In this document: piece by piece, positions 1-10,910 of the stretch
How the letters are laid out: each line of letters begins with the position of its first letter
How positions within the stretch are numbered: position 1 is the stretch's first letter
Assembly: GCA_965235115.1 (NCBI GenBank)
Contig: OZ249445.1
Coordinates: 2,914,001 to 2,978,000 of the forward strand
DNA length: 64,000 nucleotides
Origin: Laetmonice hystrix
Taxonomy: Eukaryota
Reading direction: 5' to 3'
Made by a program: the position numbers and the translations under genes
The notes under the pieces: model-generated
Seen by the model: only the letters and a program-made list of their open reading frames with translations
Told to the model about the DNA's origin: nothing
The model's database searches: none

Positions 1-1105
1 TACATGAATACACAAAAAAAGAGTTTGTACAATAACGTACAACCTACGTTCCCATCTATACAAGGTGTGTTTCCTATTTTACAATTGTTCTTTTTTTGTT
101 CATACCAAGTCTAAAAACAACTTAAGTAGAAAGGCTGCAATGTGACGACCTGCCTTAACCCCTGGGGCAAGTCTCCCGTCCAATTCTTTTTTTTGTACAA
201 ATACTATAAAAATTGTAAAAATCTAATTGCTCTCACAAAGAGTATAGTAAGTATGTGATCATGAGTAGGACAGGGCTTTGGTGGCATCTTACTGTTGGGT
301 TTTGTACCTCTGTGAATGCACTCATTTTGATATAAACAAGGAAAGCATCTTTGTTCTGTTGTTCTCATTAAACCATAGTATCATCACCGATGACATTTTT
401 ACTTTGTCCAAACAGACACCGTGACAACGCATAATTGGTCTTTAAAACCTAAAACTTACAATCTTGATTGCACATAATTCCCTCCAATATATATTACTCT
501 CTATATATTATATACCCCATAAATTAATTTGCATAAATAATTATTAACACTTTTCTATAATCACATGGTGTTATAGTCTTGGAAAAACATAATCCCAAGA
601 ATCTCATCAAAAGAGATGAGCTTTCTTGGTGGATAAAATCAAAAACAAATATTCATTGTATAAAGAAAACATGATTGAAATAAATAATCACTCATGAACA
701 CAAAATATAACATTTTTCTCAATAATATGGAATGCGTAAACATTATGGAATGTTGCATACAACTAATGTAACATGGAGAAAAAAAGAGAAAAAGATACAG
801 GATGGCAAAACAAATAGAACTCGGTATTATCTGGTTTGTCTAGGTGGGACCAGATTGGAGCTGGTCCGCTGCAGCTCTATATTATATATATATTATATTG
901 TTATTTACAGACATTTGCATTCAAACCCGATGTGTCACATTCTTATAGATCATTGACACTACTCCAATGGGAATGGTAGGTGTTCGTGTATGGTATGGCC
1001 TACTAGTACAACAGTATGAGCCAGCGTCAAGAAGTAGTACGGACTACACTAAAAACACTGGTAGATTACAGCTCAACCTGATATGCCTGAGGATGGCCGT
1101 CATCC
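1..1105 (-). other. Probable 3' UTR (AT-rich) of the distal onecut homeobox exon; its poly(A) site is probably beyond the window edge
   Basis: Lies directly downstream of the TGA at 1108-1106 on the minus strand. AT-rich with no credible ORF. I found no minus-strand AATAAA here. Confidence 0.55.
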
Positions 1106-1398
1106 TCAGCTTTGAGAACAGGCGCTCTGGCCCGAATCTCCGTTGCTCAAAGTGTCGTCACATACTTCTCCTTGAAACCTGTGATATCGCCGCCGGGCGT
1201 TCATGAAGAAGTTGGCGACCGTCGAAACCTCCAGACCCAGTTGTTTTGCGATGGTCATCTGCATCTCCTTGGACGGCCGCTTTGTCTCCTTGAAAATCGC
1301 ATGAAGTGTACGGCGTTGGATGTCCGTAAAGACTAGTCGCGGTTTCTTGGGGGTCCGCTCTTTCGGTTGCTGCTGTTCCTGCTCTTTCTGTTTGCATG
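1106..1398 (-). CDS. onecut: ONECUT homeobox terminal exon B (distal); linker + homeodomain + C-terminus
   Basis: Acceptor ttctatactgtctttgcag|CA TGC (phase 1). Translation: (A)CKQKEQEQQQPKERTPKKPRLVFTDIQRRTLHAIFKETKRPSKEMQMTIAKQLGLEVSTVANFFMNARRRYHRFQGEVCDDTLSNGDSGQSACSQS*. F48 and M50 are ONECUT-diagnostic. The intron position (..LA A|CK) matches the known ONECUT exon boundary. Confidence 0.95.
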
Positions 1399-1575
1399 CT
1401 GCAAAGACAGTATAGAAGACAGACCTGTAAGTACACTCAAGTCAATCCGGGCTGATCACCAGGCTGGACTAGTGTCAACATAACACCACCATCACAGTTT
1501 TTTTTTGTCATGCACTCGGTGAGCGGCGAGCACCAACCCGACGAATGAAGCAATGGACGAATATGAACAAATAAA

Positions 1576-1604
1576 ATCATCATTATCATCATCATCATCA
1601 TCAT
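1576..1604. repeat. (ATC)n microsatellite
   Basis: atcatcattatcatcatcatcatcatcat, between the two homeobox exons. Confidence 0.9.
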
Positions 1605-1670
1605 GATCACCAATGATGTCCTTCGTTGCAGCTGCTGACAACAGAAAGTCCTGTTAGTCAAGGAGTCATG

Positions 1671-1676
1671 TTTATT
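1671..1676 (-). terminator. Candidate polyadenylation signal (AATAAA) for proximal exon A
   Basis: Plus-strand tttatt reads AATAAA on the minus strand, about 120 nt after the exon A stop. It is followed by ctgttgt (GU-rich) and lies upstream of the exon B acceptor. Confidence 0.55.
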
Positions 1677-1797
1677 TTGGTTGTTGATGCGCACGTGCAT
1701 ATGTCAATAATCCTGTCAAAAGTCACTCATGCATGCATGACACGAACAAGAGGCATGCACAGTTGTTGGAGAAGGAGCAAGGACACAGAGGATTTCA

Positions 1798-2102
1798 TCA
1801 GTTTTGCTGTTGGCTCATCATCGTCCCATCCGACATCAGAATCTGGGCCCCGTCTTGCCCCAGCGAATCCTCCATGTATTTATCAAGAGATCGCCTGCGA
1901 GCATTCATGAAAAAGTTGGCAACTGTTGACACTTTGAGTCCGAGCTGCTCGGCGATTGTCGCTTGCATCTCCTTGCTTGGACGTTTTGTTTCTTTGTATA
2001 TGGCCAGCAGGGTGCGCCTCTGAATGTCGGTGAAGACCAGGCGAGGCTTCTTGGGACCTGGGGCCTCCTGTCGTGGCAGATCGTGGTCTTTCCTCTTGCA
2101 AG
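1798..2102 (-). CDS. onecut: ONECUT homeobox terminal exon A (proximal); linker + homeodomain + C-terminus
   Basis: Acceptor atacatttctttttgcag|CT TGC (phase 1). Translation: (A)CKRKDHDLPRQEAPGPKKPRLVFTDIQRRTLLAIYKETKRPSKEMQATIAEQLGLKVSTVANFFMNARRRSLDKYMEDSLGQDGAQILMSDGTMMSQQQN*, with a second TGA immediately after. Canonical NARRRSLDK end. Confidence 0.96.
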
Positions 2103-3589
2103 CTGCAAAAAGAAATGTATATCTAACTCACAAGATCATTCGGTGGGGCGGGAACGGCTTGGGAGGTTCCCCCCTCGCTCACTTGGGGGCGCCCTATAAG
2201 AGATGAGATCCAGACGAGCACTCATTTCAAGCTGACAAACCTAAGGAATATTCGGATTGACCATCTGACCATTACTTGTACACAAATCTACTGTCGCAAT
2301 CAATCTTCGATGTACATATTTGTACTGGCGCTTTTATAAATTTTGTTACCGTGTCGTAAATGGCGGTTAAAATGTGTAGAATTTTGTAGTTGTTTCAAGA
2401 TTGCATCTACCATGTGCTTTAACTGTGGCTTGCTTGGTTTTTGCCGGTGTAGCATCGAAACGGCGGTAATAATGGTTTGATACAGGATTTCTTCACATAA
2501 CACATGGAGGGATTAGGTTCTTATGCGCTAGCCTTTAAGCTTTCCACTGCCTCTTGTTCAGCTTGTGATTACGAGTCTCCAGTGATTCCAGACAGCTGTT
2601 CAATTGTTGTGAAATAAGTGCCCGTATGAGACTGATGAAAAATGACTAATCTATTCGTGCAAAAAACACAGACACGAAACGAGGCCAAATACTCGTCCTC
2701 GGAAAAAACATCGGGACGAAGGAAATGTGTTGAGGATGAAAAATGAGAGAAATGGCATATTAAGAATACAAACAACACTTAGGGGAGGGGTATAAAAACT
2801 GTGTGATGACGTTATATTCCATCAGCGTGTGTGTGTGCACCTTTACAATGGCAAGGACAATAATTAACATCATGGAGTTAACATGTATCAACTGTCATCA
2901 AGAAAACACCGGTAGAAATAGAACAATGAAGGACAGGTCCTGAAAGTAGTGCATTGAGAGGAACACTGATAAACTGGAACAAACACCCTATTACCTACTT
3001 CAACATTACCTACTTCAACATCAATAGATCACTGCTTTCACTACCATCTGGTTTGGTGGTATACGGACTATGTGAACCATACTGAATTATGTCGGTGAAG
3101 ATATTCTCTCAAATGTCAGGATTTTGTAACATTTGTGTTAAAATGAAAACCTATCATTTTATCGCAGAAATGGTGTAGATTGGTAGGAACCTATCAGTCA
3201 GTCATGTATGATTGAAATGATAATTGTGATAAGTTAGAGAGACCCCTCTCATACTCGTAGAGCTCGACTAGCCCTGGCATTGATCAGTACACTGGGACCA
3301 GTTACTGGGTGCCGACGGTAGGATACACCTAGGTCCGATTATGTGTGAGCTATGACATAAACTAATAGGTAGCTGACCGTCAGGGTATCATCACTCTAAT
3401 GTTCTCCTCACCCCTCGCCCTCAGTCTCGTTAGGCTCCGTCCTCGGGAGGTTTACTCCCCAGGTTGGCCTCATCCTCAAGCCCCATCAATTTTTAATCGC
3501 TGAAGCTCGGCGGGCCACTTTGTTAAGGCGGTTGTGACGGGGCTAAGCTGGCCATTTAACACACTGCGGGGGCGGCCAGCCAGGATCAG

Positions 3590-3715
3590 GGCCCAGTTTT
3601 TCAAAACGTAAGATCTTGCTCCAGCTCTTAACGCTTGTGATTGGCTAGTCTACTGCAACCGGCCAATCAGAAGCGTTAAGCTTAACAAAGATCTTAAGCT
3701 TTGAAAAACTGGGCC
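3590..3715. mobile_element. 126-bp PIF/Harbinger-like MITE
   Basis: TIRs GGCCCAGTTTTTCAAA ... TTTGAAAAACTGGGCC, flanked by CAG (3587-3589) and CTG (3716-3718). The interior is also inverted (taagatctt/aagatctta; cttaacgcttgtgattggc/gccaatcagaagcgttaag). Confidence 0.75.
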
Positions 3716-3740
3716 CTGGTCTGCTGGTCACGACTACCAG

Positions 3741-3878
3741 TGACGGTTGGAGACCTCCCTGGCGTCCAGAAAACACAGAATCTAACAATGACCCCTCCCC
3801 CATCCCCACCAATGACGGCTGGAGACCTACCTAGCGTCCAGAAAACACAGAATCTAACAATGACCCCCGCCCCCATCC
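3741..3878. repeat. Two-copy ~72-bp tandem duplication
   Basis: tgacgg(t/c)tggagacct..gcgtccagaaaacacagaatctaacaatgacccc occurs at 3741 and 3813. Confidence 0.85.
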
Positions 3879-5324
3879 TTGGCGGGAAGCCCACCATACA
3901 ACCCCTTCACCAAGGACAACGTTCAGCTGGTGTCCAGTCAATGCTACAGCACTAACCGATGACCTTCAGGAAGCCCAAGTCCTGATGGCCTTCCGCACAC
4001 TCCTTCTGTCTGTAGGAAGGGCACCTGACAAGTCCTTGCCACCAGGCAGTCCTCCTTCCCATTTGGTGACCTCATAGGTCGGTCAGCAGGACATTGAGTT
4101 AGAGACAGAGGACATAGACCGGTGCCACCCCAGCCTGCCACTCCTTGTGTGAACGCGGCTAAAGTTTACCCCAAACCTCGATCTCTGGACCCCTGGTCAA
4201 ACTGCCAACACCCGCCCCATATGAGAACACTTGGCCCAACCGTCCCTGGGCATATTTCAGAAAAGTAATTACATGCTAAGCAGTGCAATTCCACTGCGGA
4301 GTTCACAAGGGGTGACCACTGCGCCCCTGCTGCTCTAAATCACCCCGCCCCAGCCACCCAAAGTTTCCAATCTCTGGACTGCCCTTCCATAACTCAGCTA
4401 GGCTTCGTGGGGGTGCACCGGACAAGGTGCCGCCCGCCTCCCGCTCGGGTGTGAGATCCTGCTCATCTTTAAATGAACAAGTATCAGCAACCAATCCCCA
4501 AACTCAACTCTCTCTCGCGCCCATTCAAATATTCTAATCATAATCACAACCCCAATATCATTAACGCCATTTTCTTGTAACCCTTAGCTGTTTTTGCTTC
4601 CTGCTGACAAGACTTGAGAGCGAACCTTAAATTGTCAAGCCAATTCACTACGACCAATTATCCTATCACATAAAAACACAATCCCATAAAAGATATCCCA
4701 TTAGACTGAACGCGTCGGCATTCTGTGTGAGAGCAGGTTTGATTTTTCATTGTCTCCCTTGGTTCTCATTGTCAGATCCATTAGACCCTGGCCTCTATGG
4801 GTTTCAAGACGTTTATATCTCCTCCAACACTGGGGGTTCAAACCCTATACATCACAACGACGGCTGCAAGGGGGCCTCTCCCTGGCCCCAAATCTAAGAT
4901 GGAGTGGTTCATCCTCCGAGGACCCATATTTGACTCCTGACTGGGCCCAAGGGTTGGTCCTGGCCAACAATAACTCACGACCTCCCGACTCTCTCGTGGC
5001 CAGCGTCCACTCCTTGAAATTAGCAACTTTTCATCTTGGAATAGCTGCAACTGACAACTTCATTTTCCCGTGCCTCTAAATGAAATAACTTCACGAAACG
5101 TCCATGAAATCTACGGTCTGAAGGATGCCAAACCCGCAAGGCCATCACGAATGAAATCTAAGAGCTGGAGACGGTTGTGCCGGTAAGAGAAGATCGAGGA
5201 TCAAACAAAAGATAACTAGATCATGAAGATGTCCCGGTCAGGAGGTAGGGAGACAGTGGCGGGTGGTGAGGTTGGGTTGGTCGGCCGGGATATGGCTGTA
5301 GTTAACGGGGATGTTGAGTTAGCA

Positions 5325-6621
5325 GGCCGGGATGAGACTGTAGCCGGTGGCCAGGCTGGGTTGGCCGGCAGGGATGAGACTGTAGTGTGGGGCCAGGCTG
5401 GGTTGGCCGGCAGGGATGAGACTGCAGTGGGTGGCCAGGCTGGGCTGGCCGGGATGAGACTGTGGGCGGCCAGGCTGGGCTGGCCGGGATGAGACTGCAG
5501 TGGGTGGCCAGGCTGGGTTGGCCGGGATGAGACTGTAGTGGATGGCCAGGCTGGGCTGGCCGGGATGAGACTGCAGTGGGTGGCCAGGCTGGGTTGACCG
5601 GCAGGGATGAGACTGTAGTGTGGGGCCAGGCTGGGTTGGCCGGCAGGGATGAGACTGTGGGTGGCCAGGCTGGGCTGGCCGGGATGAGACTGCACTGGGT
5701 GGCCAGGCTGGGCTGGCCGGGATGAGACTGCAGTGGGTGGCCAGGCTGGGTTGACCGGCAGGGATGAGACTGTAGTGTGGGGCCAGGCTGGGTTGGCCGG
5801 CAGGGATGAGACTGCAGTGGGTGGCCAGGCTGGGCTGGCCGGGATGAGACTGCAGTGGGTGGCCAGGCTGGGCTGGCCGGGATGAGACTGCAGTGGGTGG
5901 CCAGGCTGGGCTGGCCGGGATGAGACTGCAGTGGGTGGCCAGGCTGGGCTGGCCGGGATGAGACTGCAGTGGGTGGCCAGGCTGGGCTGGCGGGGATGAG
6001 ACTGCAGTGGGTGGCCAGGCTGGGCTGGCGGGGATGAGACTGCAGTGGGTGGCCAGGCTGGGCTGGCGGGGATGAGACTGCAGTGGGTGGCCAGGCTGGG
6101 CTGGCCGGGATGAGACTGCAGTGGGTGGCCAGGCTGGGCTGGCCGGCAGGGATGAGACTGTAGTGTGGGGCCAGGCTGGGCTGCCCGGGATGAGACTGCA
6201 GTGGGTGGCCAGGCTGGGCTGGCCGGGATGAGACTGTGGGTGGCCAGGCTGGGCTGGCCGGGATGAGACTGCAGTGGGTGGCCAGGCTGGGCTGGCCGGC
6301 AGGGATGAGACTGTAGTGTGGGGCCAGGCTGGGCTGGCGGGGATGAGACTGCAGTGGGTGGCCAGGCTGGGCTGGCCGGGATGAGACTGCAGTGGGTGGC
6401 CAGGCTGGGCTGGCCGGCAGGGATGAGACTGTAGTGTGGGGCCAGGCTGGGCTGGCCGGGATGAGACTGCAGTGGGTGGCCAGGCTGGGCTGGCCGGGAT
6501 GAGACTGCAGTGGGTGGCCAGGCTGGGCTGGCCGGGATGAGACTGCAGTGGGTGGCCAGGCTGGGCTGGCCGGGATGAGACTGCAGTGGGTGGCCAGGCT
6601 GGGCTGGCCGGGATGAGACTG
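5325..6621. repeat. GC-rich minisatellite, 38-bp main unit (35- and 42-bp variants), ~33 copies
   Basis: Unit gggatgagactgcagtgggtggccaggctgggctggcc. It explains the 475- and 491-aa repetitive ORFs. Confidence 0.97.
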
Positions 6622-8197
6622 TCCTCTCGGCTGTCACAGACACTGACTTGAGACGCGCCGTTTATTGACCGGCCGCACACCTGAGATGGAGGTAGCATGG
6701 TGTTCGGCTCGGCTCCATGGCGGCCGACCTCCCAGGCCCAGCCAGCCATGTAAGTGGTAATCAATGAGTAGCGTTTAGTAGCATAGTTAGACACGACATC
6801 TCATGACTGCACAAACCTCCACCGCCCGCTCTGTAAGAAACACCTCAGCTCTAGGCCTTTGTCTTCAGGGCGAGCGATCAATGACAGTCAAAGTGATCTG
6901 GTTTCGCTGGGTTTCGTGGTATTTCTGTAGGAAATCCGTGCACCATGGGCCGCCTTGACGGCTGACAGGGCTGCACGGGGAGGGAGGGGGCAGCGTTGTT
7001 CGACCTGGTGTTGGCGGTAATCAGTCATGTCAAGCTGTAGCTCACCCAGCACAAAATCAATGCTCTCTCAATTGTTTCATTGGAGGAACAATTACTGCCC
7101 GCATGTTGCCGTTAAACAGACGAGTTGTGCTTGCCACCTTTGGGTGACATGAAAGAGTTTGCACTTAACACGAGGGCGGGCACCTGCTAGTGACACAACA
7201 ACTAACTGGCCGATAGTCTCACACTCAACTATCACATTCCATGAGGTTTCATCTGATCAACAACCTGTTTCCTGACTACAACCTTATGTTTAGGACCATG
7301 GAGAAATCTAACACACATCATAATACCATTTACTGGTCTCCCAACCACCTCCACCGCCGTGTCTGTGTTCCTTCTGCCTAAGACAATATAATTATATACT
7401 AAATCAAATGCAGAAAAATCCCGCCTTATTATCCGTAATTTAGCAGCCATCTTGTCTTTCCTTTGATATGAGGCACAACAATCACAATGGTATAATTACT
7501 ACCCTTCTTTCCCCGCCTCCGCTTTCATTTGAACACTGTAAAAACTCATCCCCTTTGCAAAATTGCAACACAGAAAAAAAAAATCATCTTTGATTCAGAA
7601 TTCTCATTACAGTACGCATTGTAATTATAATATTGCTTCAATAATAGGACACAGAATTGGGCCATGAAAAAATGACAAGATACACTAAAACGATGCGTTT
7701 TCTTTCCACTGCAAGACTAATTTCCAACACATTATCTGTCTGAGCCACGGGGCAGCTAGATTCCATCAGTTGGTTTAAGTTACACTAAGCACGTCTTGCA
7801 GTTTATTGCCAGGTGGCTTGGTGTTTTTTAAACATACAGGTCCTTTTCTCCACAAGACCACAACGATCAAGAGTATTCATTGCCATAATAAAAAAAACAC
7901 TCCTACTTTGTAATTTGCGCATTGTATCTTTCGCTGTCACTAAACTCTATTTCTATATATTTGAATTTTAAAAATTATAATACAGGCTTCAGTTTAATCA
8001 GAATCTACATCTATAAATTATAGCTGTTTTTCTGTTTTCCTGCTTAAATTTTCCAAATGCGTATTGAGACGCCCAGGTAGCAGCTGCTGTCTTCCTGCAG
8101 GTACTTCCAACCCTAGCCACTGATAGTATTGACTACACACGTCGTCAGACCAGCAGCATACCCATGGTATAGGGGGGCAGGTTGGGGAGGGTCTACT

Positions 8198-8413
8198 AAT
8201 GACGCTGTTGGCATCCCAAAGGATATCTGCCACTTGGCCTGGGCCCCTTGTGATGAGATTGTTATCAACCCAAGGAATATCTGCCGCTAGGCTTGGGCCC
8301 CTTGTGATGAAGGTGTCATCACCCTGTGGGATATCTGCCAATACGTCTGGGCCCCTTGTGATGAAGGTGTCATCACCCTGTGGGATATCTGCCAATACGT
8401 CTGGGCCCCTTGT
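8198..8413. repeat. 54-bp degenerate tandem repeat, 4 copies
   Basis: gggccccttgt anchors at 8241, 8295, 8349 and 8403. On the minus strand it reads TRGPxxxADIP.. in an 18-aa period. Confidence 0.9.
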
Positions 8414-10057
8414 AAGGAGTTTTGTCAACACCCCATGGGATAATCTCCCACTGTGTATTGGGATTAAGAGGTCAATAGACACATGCCAGTTATCCATTGC
8501 CCTCTGGCATAAAGCTGTCTTGCCCCTTGAGGTACCTGCCATTATATCAACATATAAAAGGTTACCTTATTAGATGGTGGTGACTATGAGCATGCAATCA
8601 GAAACTAATGAGACACAATGAGTCATGTAGATCCTCTATCAAACCATGATTTCACTGTGCCCCGGCCTGAACTGGATGTACTGGAGTGTTGAGGTGCTAT
8701 ATCATAAACAGAACCATCCAACACTGGACTGGGGGAGGGGCGTGGTTTCTAAAACACTTACTGTACTTACAGTATGAGACCAGGTATCTACAGTACAATA
8801 AATGCCGTGTACATACATGTACTACATTAAAGCTATCACACACACACAGCCTGTTGAGAGGTTGTTGCTGAGAGAGGCCCTCCTCTAAGCGGTATCCCCC
8901 GGCATCAGCGACAACTTTCCTCACTCAAACACACCCTACCTTTTAATGCGACATAAAACCTCCATCTCCCCCTTTATACGTATAACCGTCCACTCGAATA
9001 ATTTCCTTTTTCCTCTCTTTGTTCGGTCCTGAGACGTGATATTTTCCCGACAAAAGAATCATATCATCGTTTGGAGTCGGCCCTGCCTCCACCTACTCCA
9101 TGTCTCAAGGAGAACAATGCCAGATTTTTATTGCCGAGCCTTTTTCCCGGTTACAAAGAAGTGCGATGCTAAAACAGTACATTTAAGACACCCTATGCGT
9201 CGGTCTACACACGGAAACCAGATCTCTTTGTGGTGCAGATCGTCTTCACAAATCTAAAGTGCATCTTTTTATCTTGTTGAAATGAAACCGAAACCTCCGA
9301 GTTCACTTTACAGACTAGCCTCGACTCGGGTTTCGTTGCGCCCTGCTACCTTTGCCGAGCGGGAGGATTTGCCTAGGTGAGATTACGGTTGTACACCTGT
9401 TAGTCCCTTCGCAGCACTTAAGCGATGCACATCAATCGCCTATCAATTATTCAGCTGGTGGGGGCTGCCATAGGAGCCTGGCTCGGAATTAAATGGCCAT
9501 GATTTCCTACCATGGTGCTGCCTACTCCCCTTGCAGGCTGCACTAAACCCTGCCGACCTCACCGGTCGCCGCACACCTTCCCCGATATGGACCCCTCCCC
9601 CTGCTGCAACCAATCGACTTTCTATACTCAACCCATTCACACCTTGAAGACACTATGTCAGAGTTTGCTTGCCGTGAGCTACGCTCTACACATCGAGTTG
9701 AACTCGACGATCGTCGAGAGTCCGTGACAGTGGAATTACCATGGCATTGTGAAGCACCACTTGCCACTCCGTGTCCAACACGAGAAATCTCCATATGAAA
9801 TGACATATAGTTCCGCGTCCACGCACACCAGCTTTCATTAGCCATTTCAGGATAATAAAACCCTTTGTGCTGTGGCAGCTATTTGACGGCATTAATGAAT
9901 GCTCTATCATGGTGGCGGCCGCTGGCCCCTGGCCTGCTAGACCACCAATTACTTCACTGAATCACAACCTGCACCAAGTATCAGCATACACCATGGCCCT
10001 AACCTCTCTCCATGGATCTACTTTAATTTCCTATTTGTAAACGTCATTTCATTTCCT

Positions 10058-10386
10058 ACATCTGTACGGCACGCATTACGATTCCTATCCGCCTGGTTCG
10101 GGACATCTGTACGGCACGCATTACGATTCCTGTCCGCCTGGTTCGGGGTAAGGGGCGATTAAGAAGGAGTAGATCGGTAAGTTTTGACCTAACCATAGTG
10201 GAGCGAAAAGTATACCAAGTTCTTACCTAACCATAGTGGAGAGAAAACCATACCCAGTTTTTACCTAACCATAGTGGAGCGAAAACTATACCAGGTTTTC
10301 ACCTAACCATACAGTGGAGCGAAAAGTATACCCAGTTTTTACCTAACCATAGTGAAGCGAAATCTATACCAAGTTTTCACCTAACC
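10058..10386. mobile_element. Possible non-autonomous Helentron/HINE-like relic: 45-bp duplication plus 38-bp CCTAACC-core array
   Basis: A 45-bp direct repeat (10058, 10103) is followed by acctaaccatagtggagcgaaaa.. units at 10187, 10225, 10263, 10301, 10341 and 10379. The repeats are certain; the element class is inferred. Confidence 0.35.
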
Positions 10387-10910
10387 AGCTTTGAACCAAT
10401 GATCGTTGCATCATAGTTTCATTCTGTGGCACTTTTTGTGGCATTTTAAGATCATTGCTTGAATAGTTGTCGGGCGTTATGATTGGTTGTTGGGTTACTA
10501 TTTTCGCCCCAAGCGGGTTGTTTAGCCAATGGTGGAGGAGGGTACAGATGGTGGAGTTGTTAGATGGAGGAGTTGACGGTCGTCAGTCAGTGCCATCGCC
10601 TGGTAACCACGAACGCTGCCCTCCCACCGTCTGTTTATCCTCCTCCCCGTGTCTACATGCCCCGTTTGTGTTCCACCTCATCACCATGGCGACTGTAAAC
10701 ACCCTCCTGCCACACCTGGGCTTGAGAGCGAGGCTGGGGGTGGGTGGGGTGGGGGCGGCTTCCATGGACCATCAGTCTCTCCTCGCCAAGCCTCTGTCAA
10801 TTTGCATTCCTATTAACATTTCTATACAAGCCTGAGCACACAAGTCGCAGCGACACGGCCGAGGTACGGCCTTTTGTGGGCCGCTCGCTGACCAGGTACG
10901 GCTGTGGGCA

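Noticed and set aside
1519-2182. Long-range pairing gtgagcg (1519-1525) with cgctcac (2176-2182) that could loop out exon A
   Set aside because: Only 7 bp are perfectly complementary, and several such matches are expected by chance between two regions of this size. It would need covariation evidence.
5216-6794. 475- and 491-aa ORFs (also those at 18038-18883, 23202-23650, 29651-30663, 39307-40068 and 55863-57282)
   Set aside because: All lie within minisatellites, are open in several frames or on both strands, and have no recognisable domain or splice context.
7232-7450. 72-aa ORF starting at a CAAGATGGC (YY1/Kozak-like) context
   Set aside because: No protein similarity or splice signals. 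The motif is also common in enhancers and transposons.
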